Below are positions 10,920-18,839 of a stretch of 64,000 nucleotides of DNA, piece after piece. The stretch comes from Halothiobacillus sp. (GTDB taxonomy: Bacteria; Pseudomonadota; Gammaproteobacteria; Halothiobacillales; Halothiobacillaceae). The stretch covers positions 2,345 to 66,344 of the forward strand of contig JAGUXT010000035.1 in the NCBI GenBank assembly GCA_020061705.1. Reading direction: 5' to 3'. A model generated the notes under the pieces. The model made no database searches. It saw only the letters and a list, made by a program, of their open reading frames with translations, and was not told the DNA's origin. Each line of letters opens with the position of its first letter. Positions within the stretch are counted from its first letter, which is position 1. A program made the translations under genes and the position numbers.

Positions 10920-11878
10920 TGAGCTTCGCCCACCCTTGGCTACTCACCCTCCTGCCCCTCGCCCTCTGGCTGGGCTGGCATTTGCGCGTTGGTGCGCCCG
11001 CCGCCTTCAGTCGCCCGCCAATCACCCTGCGTCACCCCATCCTCGCCCGTCTCAACCTGGCACACACCCAAACCGCCAGCACGCCGCGCCTGTGGCTTCC
11101 ACTGGTCGCCGCCCTGCTCATCCTCGCCGCCGCACAACCGCAAAGCGAAGGTGGCTGGCTGCCACCCATCGGGGAAGGGCGCGACATCCTGCTGCTGATC
11201 GACACCTCGCCCAGCATGGCGATTCAGGACATGGCGCTCGACAACAAAACTGTGCCACGCATGGACATTCTCAAGCACGCCGCCCAAGGCTTTATCGAGC
11301 GCCGGACGAATGACCGCCTCGGCATGATCGTATTCAGTGACCACGCCGCCACCATTATTCCGCTGACCCACGATCACGCGGCCGTACAAGCCCTGCTTGC
11401 CCGCCTCAGCTCCGGCAACACCGGCGCAGCCACGGCCATCGGCGAGGGTTTGGGCGTGGCACTGCGACAGATCGAAGCCAACCCCACACGCCCGCCCGTG
11501 CTGGTGCTGTTTTCAGATGGCGACAATACCGGCGGCATCCTGCGCCCGCGTGAGGCGCTGGCCTATGCTGAACATCTTGGGCTGCATCTGTACAGCGTGG
11601 CGGTCACGCCCGATGCAGCTCAACCCGCTGCACAGGCTGACGGGCTGCGTGAACCCAGTCTGAGCGAAATGAGTGAACTCACGGGCGGACGCGCCTATCA
11701 AGCGGGCGATGCCTCCAGCCTGCAACGCATCCTCAGCGACATCGACCAACGCGAGGCCGCCCATACGCCGCCGCCCAGCGAACGCGCCAAAATCGAATGG
11801 TATCCGCTACCGCTGGGCCTGGCCTTGCTGCTGCTGGCGCTCGGGCAGTGGTTTGAATTGCGCGGAGGCTCACGATGA
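10916..11878 (+). CDS. vWA-domain protein (BatA-like)
   Basis: FAHPWLL N-terminus, MIDAS DTSPS, DRLGMIVF, TAIGEGL, FSDGDNT. Confidence 0.92.
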   Translation: MMSFAHPWLLTLLPLALWLGWHLRVGAPAAFSRPPITLRHPILARLNLAHTQTASTPRLWLPLVAALLILAAAQPQSEGGWLPPIGEGRDILLLIDTSPSMAIQDMALDNKTVPRMDILKHAAQGFIERRTNDRLGMIVFSDHAATIIPLTHDHAAVQALLARLSSGNTGAATAIGEGLGVALRQIEANPTRPPVLVLFSDGDNTGGILRPREALAYAEHLGLHLYSVAVTPDAAQPAAQADGLREPSLSEMSELTGGRAYQAGDASSLQRILSDIDQREAAHTPPPSERAKIEWYPLPLGLALLLLALGQWFELRGGSR

Positions 11879-13632
11879 CGATGTTCACCGAGCTGCAATG
11901 GCAATGGCCGTGGGCATTTCTGCTCATGCTCCTGCCGCTGGCTGCAATTTTGTTCAATCTGTATCAACGCAGCCGCGTGCTCGACTACGCCGACCCCGCG
12001 CTGCAACCGTGGGCACTCATTGAACGTTCGCAGGCCGGACTTGGGCGCATGGGATTGCACCTCGCTGCATGGTTATTGCTCGCCGCTGCGCTGGCCGGCC
12101 CGCGCTTACCCGTTACAAATCAAAATGCTGCGACGCCTGATCGTCATGATGTGCGCGTCATGGCCTTGCTGGATGTCTCCGACTCCATGCACGCCACCGA
12201 CATTGCCCCGTCCCGCGCAGAGCGTGCGCGCTTGAAACTGCATGATTTGCCCAATGTTTTAGCGGGTGAATCGCTAGGCTTGGCCGTCTTCGCAGGAACC
12301 GCAGGCGTCGTGATGCCGCCAAGCACGGATGCCTCCGTGTTTCGCTATGCTCTGGAACACAGCACGCATGTACTTGACGATGCGCCGGGTAGCGAACTGG
12401 CCGTCGCACTCGATGCCGCTGCACGCGGCCTGCCCAAGCCCGACCAGTCCAGGTCTGGCACGTCTGGGCGAGCCATCCTGCTTGTCACCGACGGTGAAAG
12501 CGAAATGGTGCGTGGCAATGCCGTGCTTAATGCCGTGGAAAAACTGCGCGAGGCGGGCATTCACTTATTCATCCTGGGGATGGCCACGCCACAGGGCGCG
12601 CCCATTCCCAATGGCGCAGGTGGTTTCCAGCAACTCGACGATCAGGTTTTCCAAAGCCGCATGGACAGCAGTGCCCTAGCCGAAATGGCACAGCGCACCG
12701 GCGGCGTGTTTGTCCCCGTCAGCGATGGTGACGATGATCTGCGCACGCTGGCCAAGGCCATTCACGCACTGCCCAGCCAGCCCGCGCCCGGCACAAGCCA
12801 AACATGGAATGAGCTGTTTTATTGGCCGCTGTTGCTTGGTCTAGGCTTGTTGCTTCTGGCCTATGTGCCACGTTTTAGCTTCAAAGCCCGGCATGCGGCA
12901 CTGCTTCCAAGCTGTTGGCTGCTGGCTCATAGCCTGACGTTCACCCCCGATATCCAGGCCGCAACCCAGCCGCCTGTCGCCAGTCCGTCTGCGGCTTACG
13001 CGGCATGGCAACGCGGAGACTTCGTGCAAGCGCAACTGCTCTACGCCCGTTTGCCCGGCACACAGGCACGCATGGGTGAAGGCGCGGCGGCCTATCGACG
13101 CGGTGACTTCAACCATGCGGCACAGGCTTTCACCAGTGCCTGGCTGTTGAGCGACAGCGACCCCGCCCGTGCCGATGCACTCTACAACCTCGGTAATGCC
13201 GAATTGCAAGCCGGACGCAGCGAACGCGCCATTGCGGCTTACGAGCAGGTTTTACGCCTGCGTCCGGCTGATGAAAACGCCGCCAGCAATCTATGGCTGG
13301 CGCAACAACACGCCGAACAAAAACGCATGAAAAAAAGCCGTCCGGAAGACCCGCCGGGACGTAAACCGACTGATTTCGCACGTTATAACGAGGACGTAAC
13401 CCCCGACTTCCCGCCCGATGATCCCAAAAGCGGCGGCGATCTCTCGGCAGGTGGGGCCGGTGCGGGGCAAAAACGTCCGGCAAGTGAGCCTGCTGCGTTA
13501 AGCTTAAACGAAGCCGACCGCCTCGCCGCCGAGAAAAAAATGGAGCTGCTCGACGACCGACCCGCCCCGGCCTGGCGCGCCATGCTGCGCCGCGATACAC
13601 CGGAGCGTAAAAGCGAGGGTCTGCCGTGGTGA
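11875..13632 (+). CDS. vWA + TPR fusion protein (BatB/BatC-like)
   Basis: MIDAS DVSDS, LLVTDGE, second TM, TPR repeats (ALYNLGNA, AYEQVLRLRP..ENAASNL). Confidence 0.88.
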   Translation: MTMFTELQWQWPWAFLLMLLPLAAILFNLYQRSRVLDYADPALQPWALIERSQAGLGRMGLHLAAWLLLAAALAGPRLPVTNQNAATPDRHDVRVMALLDVSDSMHATDIAPSRAERARLKLHDLPNVLAGESLGLAVFAGTAGVVMPPSTDASVFRYALEHSTHVLDDAPGSELAVALDAAARGLPKPDQSRSGTSGRAILLVTDGESEMVRGNAVLNAVEKLREAGIHLFILGMATPQGAPIPNGAGGFQQLDDQVFQSRMDSSALAEMAQRTGGVFVPVSDGDDDLRTLAKAIHALPSQPAPGTSQTWNELFYWPLLLGLGLLLLAYVPRFSFKARHAALLPSCWLLAHSLTFTPDIQAATQPPVASPSAAYAAWQRGDFVQAQLLYARLPGTQARMGEGAAAYRRGDFNHAAQAFTSAWLLSDSDPARADALYNLGNAELQAGRSERAIAAYEQVLRLRPADENAASNLWLAQQHAEQKRMKKSRPEDPPGRKPTDFARYNEDVTPDFPPDDPKSGGDLSAGGAGAGQKRPASEPAALSLNEADRLAAEKKMELLDDRPAPAWRAMLRRDTPERKSEGLPW

Positions 13633-14873
13633 AAACCTGTTTACGATCTGAGCCTTTTCAACTCCCCCCTTTGGAAAAGGGGGGCGGGGGGGATTTTAAT
13701 CGTATTGAAGAATGTCTCACGGCCAGCAAATCCCCCCTAGCCCCCCTTTTCCAAAGGGGGGGAAGATATGTTTCAGGGCTCACACTGCTACTAGCACTCT
13801 TCGCCGTCACGCCGCTGACCCATGCCGACATCAGCGTCCGGGCTCATATCGACAACCCCAACCCCTGGGTACGCGAAGAAACTTTGCTCACGCTTGAAGT
13901 CAGCGATGACCGCTCAATCATCGAACAAAAGACCGCACCCTGGGCACCACCCGGCGTGAGCCTGCGCCCCCTCAACGCCAGCGAGGAACGCGTGCAAACC
14001 GCCGACGGCATCCGCATCCTGCGACGCCAACACTGGGCGATCATGCCGCTGTACGCCGGTGAATTAAAGTTACAACCGCCGACCATCGAAGCCCGTGTAA
14101 CCGGCCAGGGCCGTGTAAGCCTCACTCCAGAGGCAATGCTTCTTGAGGTGCGCCCGCTCAACCCCCTGTTGCCCACCGACGTGCCCGTCAGCGCGCTACA
14201 AATCAAGCTCGCTCAACCGCCCGAAGCCGTGCCACGCGGTCGACCATTCGACCTGAACCTAAGCATCCGGGGCAGCGGGCTCTCCACACGCGGCCTGCGC
14301 CACTGGCTGGATGAAAGCCTGCGCATCACGAATGCTTTACGCATCTACCCGCCCGACATTCGTCTCAGCGACAATATCGACCCGGCACAGCCACTTCTCC
14401 AGCAAGCCGACATCCGCCTGACGTTTGAATCCCAAGCCAGTGGTCAGCTCGCCCTGCCAAGTATCATCCTGCCGCATGTCAACCCACAGGATGGCGGTAT
14501 CCAACACGCCATCCTGCCCGCCATCAACGTGCGCATCGAACACCCGCTCTGGCTGGCTCTGCGCCCGTGGCTACCGTGGGGCATGGGTGCGATTGCGTTG
14601 ATTGTGCTGCTTATCGGTACATGGAAATACACACACCCACGCTGGCAAGCCGCAAGGCAACGCCGCGCCTGGCTGCGTGCGCTCCAGGCCGCCGATTCAC
14701 CCAAGGCATTGCGCCAGATATTGCGCCAGAAATGGCAACACATTCCCGCCACACCAAGCAGACACGCCTTGGCCCAACAACTTGATGCCGCCTGTTACGG
14801 CAGCGAACCTATCAGCGCAACCGCGTTTAACGACCTGAAAACCCGGCTCATCAAACACTATTCAGGACTTTGA
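13629..14873 (+). CDS. BatD-like exported protein
   Basis: Last gene of the MoxR-vWA operon; signal peptide LLLALFAVTPLTHA, beta-rich body, C-terminal TM; GTGA overlap with the upstream stop. Confidence 0.75.
   Translation: MKTCLRSEPFQLPPLEKGGGGDFNRIEECLTASKSPLAPLFQRGGRYVSGLTLLLALFAVTPLTHADISVRAHIDNPNPWVREETLLTLEVSDDRSIIEQKTAPWAPPGVSLRPLNASEERVQTADGIRILRRQHWAIMPLYAGELKLQPPTIEARVTGQGRVSLTPEAMLLEVRPLNPLLPTDVPVSALQIKLAQPPEAVPRGRPFDLNLSIRGSGLSTRGLRHWLDESLRITNALRIYPPDIRLSDNIDPAQPLLQQADIRLTFESQASGQLALPSIILPHVNPQDGGIQHAILPAINVRIEHPLWLALRPWLPWGMGAIALIVLLIGTWKYTHPRWQAARQRRAWLRALQAADSPKALRQILRQKWQHIPATPSRHALAQQLDAACYGSEPISATAFNDLKTRLIKHYSGL
13663..13763. repeat. CCCCCTTT..AAAGGGGG-type REP doublet within the 5' end of the BatD-like ORF
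   Basis: TCCCCCCTTTGGAAAAGGGGGGCGGGGGGGATTT (13663-13696) inverted with AAATCCCCCCTAGCCCCCCTTTTCCAAAGGGGGGGA (13728-13763). Confidence 0.85.
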
Positions 14874-15832
14874 TCCTCTAGCGGATTGCCAAAACCATCA
14901 AACCCCGAGCCCGCCAACTGCACACCAATGCGCTGCAAGCCAGCCACCAGAGCATCGGCATGTGCCAAACGCCAACCGTGCAGCTCAGCCAGAGCCTCGG
15001 TTTCCTCCTCCAAAGCCCGCGCGCACACTGCCCGTAAACCTGCCCACGATGGCGGCATATTCCACGTCGGCGCAAGCTCCATATCCAGCGCCAAGCGCAC
15101 GTCCGCCTCCACCTGCTGCCCCATCAACATACCGACGTAATGCGGCAAAGCCTCACGCAACACCTGCATGTCATTAACCCGCCCCAGCGCATCCTGACCA
15201 CGGCGCAGCACCTGCATGACATCCTCCGCGCCCAAGGCCTCGACCATCGGCTCCAGCAAATAGCGCAATTGCTTGCCAACCAGACGCACCGCGTGCAAAT
15301 TTTCCGGCAGATGCGGCACATCCTCGATCAAAAACGCCGCCACATCCATCCAGTGCTCAGCCAGCCACGAACCCATTGGCTCATCATGCGCCTCCAGAGG
15401 ATGCAAACTTTTCAACGCGTGCGCCGCACCCGCCAAGGCCTCAGGCAAGGTTTCCAACAACGAAGCACGCTTCTGCTCAAAGTCCTCATGTAAAAGCGCG
15501 AGCAAAGCCTGCTGTCCCAACTGCTCAGATTCTTCGAGCTGCAAACCCGCCAGCCAGGCCAACTGCACCTCCATATCTCGCACAGGTGAACTCTCGCGCG
15601 CAAACGCACGCAAGGCATGACGATCCTTCTGCCCAACCGCCACCACATCCTCCGCCAGCTTCAACCACACTCGCGCACGCCGAATCGCCACCCGCGCATC
15701 ATGCAGCGCCTCATCGGCTTGCGGCGCGTCCAATAGCGCCTGTCCACGCACCACAAATTCATGCAAACGCAGGCGCAGCACATGCGCACAGCGTTCCGAC
15801 ACCGGTCGAGCAAGTTCATCCAGCCTTAGCAT
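14858..15832 (-). CDS. CHAD-domain protein
   Basis: EALHDARVAIRRAR, RDMEV, LHAVRLVGKQLRYLLE, QDALGRVND; start at M82 of the ORF track (the extension lies in a MITE). Confidence 0.9.
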   Translation of the reverse strand: MLRLDELARPVSERCAHVLRLRLHEFVVRGQALLDAPQADEALHDARVAIRRARVWLKLAEDVVAVGQKDRHALRAFARESSPVRDMEVQLAWLAGLQLEESEQLGQQALLALLHEDFEQKRASLLETLPEALAGAAHALKSLHPLEAHDEPMGSWLAEHWMDVAAFLIEDVPHLPENLHAVRLVGKQLRYLLEPMVEALGAEDVMQVLRRGQDALGRVNDMQVLREALPHYVGMLMGQQVEADVRLALDMELAPTWNMPPSWAGLRAVCARALEEETEALAELHGWRLAHADALVAGLQRIGVQLAGSGFDGFGNPLEDQSPE

Positions 15833-15855
15833 CTTGGTCTCCTCCCTAACAGGAT

Positions 15856-15959
15856 CAGGACTTACGCAAAAACACCCCAGCGGCGTTAAAGCGCGTCGCC
15901 GTACTAGGTGTACTGTCTTCGTCGCTTTGCCTTGCCCGGGCGCTTTTGCGTAAGTCCTA
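15856..15959. mobile_element. MITE family B, copy 3 (104 bp)
   Basis: Ends CAGGACTTACGCA / TGCGTAAGTCCTA; interior homologous to 8195-8298. Confidence 0.82.
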
Positions 15960-16080
15960 AGGATGTTTAAAAAGGGCTTTACTGCCCTTTTTAAAGCGCC
16001 ACGTTCGGCACACGTCCGTGCGTGGCTACGACAAATCAGATACTTGCGTATTTGATTTGCGTGCGTGGCATCCATGCCTC

Positions 16081-16118
16081 GCCATTATCAGGGTGTATTT
16101 CAACACCCTGATAATGGC
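16081..16118. other. Perfect 16-bp stem hairpin downstream of ubiC
   Basis: GCCATTATCAGGGTGT-atttca-ACACCCTGATAATGGC. Confidence 0.75.
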
Positions 16119-16166
16119 GTTGATGTAAAAGTTACCGCGCCCAAGCTGCACCTGCATGACACCGCA

Positions 16167-16643
16167 TCAAGCACGAAACGGCGGCACAGCCGCCATAAAA
16201 TCCTCATATAACAGCACCCGATGCCCATGCACCTTGAACACACTCCAACGACGCCAGGGCAATTCCGGTGAGCGCAGTCCAAATGTTCGCACCACACCCC
16301 GCCCCTCGCAGCGCGAACCACGCTTAAACAACACCTCGCCCAAAGGCCGCTGCCCCAACCGCCGCAATCCCAAACGCAGCACACCCGCCCGTTCCGCAAA
16401 GCTCACCGCATGAACATAGGGCTGTCCTTCGCAGCGCAAAACCACCTCACGCCGCCACACCCACATACCACACCGCACACCCAAAGCCCGCGCCTCAACA
16501 CGCTCGACACGCACCCAACCCTCCGCCAGCACGTCGACGCACAACGTCCCCAAACACACTCGACGCAGCTGCTTTGTCAACGATCCCGGCGCAACCAACC
16601 ACGCACGCGGCGCGCGTTGTTTCAACATACCAAACCCCACCAA
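16167..16643 (-). CDS. ubiC: Chorismate-pyruvate lyase
   Basis: WL..PGSLTKQL, WRREVVL, LGQRPLGEVLF, RRWSVF, LLYEDF. Confidence 0.85.
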   Translation of the reverse strand: MVGFGMLKQRAPRAWLVAPGSLTKQLRRVCLGTLCVDVLAEGWVRVERVEARALGVRCGMWVWRREVVLRCEGQPYVHAVSFAERAGVLRLGLRRLGQRPLGEVLFKRGSRCEGRGVVRTFGLRSPELPWRRWSVFKVHGHRVLLYEDFMAAVPPFRA

Positions 16644-16786
16644 ACTAACCGTTCAATACAACAAAGCCTACACCGAAGCGCATTAAGACTAACGCTTTGT
16701 CATCAAGAATAAACAAAACTAATCCATAAAGTGCGAGCTTTGCATAAAACAACCAGCTTGATAAACCACAGTACGGAGATTGATCC

Positions 16787-18709
16787 ATGAACCCACGTTT
16801 GCTTGCCCTGTTCCCAGTAAGCGCTGTTGCGCTTGCCGTTGGTGTTGCCCTTACCGGCTGCGGTGGTGATGATGCCGAATTCGTTCCAGCCACCTTTGAA
16901 AAGATCGAATTCAGCAGCATGCCGGCTCCTACCACGGATGCCGACATGCTGAAAACCTACTCCACTTCCGTTGCCACCGTCACCATGACCGACGGCAGCA
17001 AGAAGACCTATCCGCTGAGCTACAACACCCTGTTCAAAAACACTGACGTCATCAGTGAAGTCAACGGCAAGAAATACGCAGCGGCTCAGCTCTTTGACGT
17101 AAACATGAGCCCGCTGAAAGACCCGAACGGTGACGCAGTGATTGCTGAAACCGCCGACTCCAACAGCCTGCTCAAAGTAGGCAGCAAGCTGTTCCTGGTC
17201 AACCATTGGGAATACGACGATGTCCTCGCCGATGGCCAATCCGCCTACAAGGTTGCCAACTGGTACAGCCGTATGCCGATGGAAATGAACCTGTCCAGCA
17301 TCGCGCAAGACTCCGCAACCGGCAAACTGAGCGTAACCAGCCAAAAGGCGGTTGATTTTAAATCCGTTAACGGCGGCTGGATTTTCTGCTTTGGTGGCCC
17401 AACACCATGGAACACCCACCTTGGTGGCGAAGAAGACTATGACCTGTACTTCGTGCCTGGCGAGAAGTCCTACACCACCACCGCAGCGGGCCTGAAGGCC
17501 ATGACCGAGGTCTACTTCAACGGCACTAAAACCGCCAACCCATACCACTATGGCTACGCTACTGAAGTGGCTGTGAAGGAAGATGGCAGCTACGCTGTGA
17601 CCAAGCACTATGAAATGGGTCGTGGCACATGGGAGATGGCGCGCTTTGCCGCCGATGGCCGCACCGCCATCTTCGGTGATGACGGCGCCTACTCCGGTCT
17701 GTTCATGTTTGTCGGTGACAAGCAGAACGATCCGAAAGCCGGTGGCAGCCTGTACGCCGCCAAGTGGAATCAAACCTCTGCCGACGGTACTGATGGCGGC
17801 ACCGCTGACATTACATGGGTCAAGCTTGGTTCAGCCAACTATGATGAAATCAAAAAGATCATCGACAACGGCACGACCATTGGCGACATCTTTGAAACAT
17901 CCATGACTGAAGTCGCTGGATATATTCCAACCCGCGCCGGTTCAGCCGAAACCATCTGGTTGAAGCTCAAGCCCGGCATGGAAAAGGCAGCGGCCTTCCT
18001 GGAAACCCGTCGTTACGCCGCCTATCTTGGTGCAACCACCGAGTTCACCAAGGGTGAAGGCGTAGCATTCAACGAAAAAGACAAGAAGATGTACTACGCC
18101 ATCAGCTACACCCAAAGCTCGATGCTGGCTAAGGATGGCGGCCCGGTTGACCATATCCGCTTGAAGGGCAACAACGCTGGCGCGACCTACACCTTTGATC
18201 TGGCCAGTGGCCAGAAGGACACCAAGGGCGCAGCCATCAACTCAGCTTATGTAGCGACCAAGGCCTATGTTGAGCCCATGTTGCTCGGCAAGCCGATTAC
18301 TGCCGATGCCAACGGCAACATCGCTGACGTAAACACCATCGCCAACACCGACAACGTGCATTACTCCGAAAAAATGCGCACCCTGTTCATTGGTGAAGAC
18401 TCCGGCACCCACGTCAACAACTTCATCTGGGCTTACAACGTCGATACCAAGAAGCTGAGCCGCATTTTGAGCGTCGCAGCAGGTGCCGAAGCCACCGGCC
18501 TGCAAGTGGTTGATGACATGAACGGCTATGCCTACATCATGGCCAACAACCAGCATCAGGGTGACTGGATTAAAACCCAGAACAAGGACTTGACTGCCCG
18601 TCTTGACACCCTTGCCAAGAGCACCTACGGCGTGAATAACCGTGGCACCTCTAACTACCGTTTGACCGCACATGTTGGTTATATCGGCGGTATGCCAGCC
18701 ATCAAATAA
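16787..18709 (+). CDS. phoX: PhoX-family alkaline phosphatase (DUF839), lipoprotein
   Basis: Lipobox LTGC; motifs C.GG.TPWNTHLGGEE, MGRGTWE, GDDG, TKGEG, NTDN, LFIGEDS, GAEATG. Confidence 0.88.
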   Translation: MNPRLLALFPVSAVALAVGVALTGCGGDDAEFVPATFEKIEFSSMPAPTTDADMLKTYSTSVATVTMTDGSKKTYPLSYNTLFKNTDVISEVNGKKYAAAQLFDVNMSPLKDPNGDAVIAETADSNSLLKVGSKLFLVNHWEYDDVLADGQSAYKVANWYSRMPMEMNLSSIAQDSATGKLSVTSQKAVDFKSVNGGWIFCFGGPTPWNTHLGGEEDYDLYFVPGEKSYTTTAAGLKAMTEVYFNGTKTANPYHYGYATEVAVKEDGSYAVTKHYEMGRGTWEMARFAADGRTAIFGDDGAYSGLFMFVGDKQNDPKAGGSLYAAKWNQTSADGTDGGTADITWVKLGSANYDEIKKIIDNGTTIGDIFETSMTEVAGYIPTRAGSAETIWLKLKPGMEKAAAFLETRRYAAYLGATTEFTKGEGVAFNEKDKKMYYAISYTQSSMLAKDGGPVDHIRLKGNNAGATYTFDLASGQKDTKGAAINSAYVATKAYVEPMLLGKPITADANGNIADVNTIANTDNVHYSEKMRTLFIGEDSGTHVNNFIWAYNVDTKKLSRILSVAAGAEATGLQVVDDMNGYAYIMANNQHQGDWIKTQNKDLTARLDTLAKSTYGVNNRGTSNYRLTAHVGYIGGMPAIK

Positions 18710-18740
18710 ACTGACCTGATAAGGGTTTAAGTTTTAACTT

Positions 18741-18768
18741 CAGGGCTGGGGATCATTCTCCAGCCCTG
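18741..18768 (+). terminator. Hairpin after phoX
   Basis: CAGGGCTGG-ggatcattct-CCAGCCCTG followed by CTTTGTT. Confidence 0.6.
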
Positions 18769-18839
18769 CTTTGTTGATAGCTACTTGAAACATTTAACTC
18801 AGGCATTTATCAACAAAGCCTCTAAGCTTGGAATACATC

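Noticed and set aside
16690-16730. Pho box upstream of phoX
   Set aside because: Only one good half-site (TTGTCAT); no second repeat at 11-bp spacing
16703-17773. 356-aa antisense ORF
   Set aside because: Shadow of phoX produced by its codon bias; no motifs
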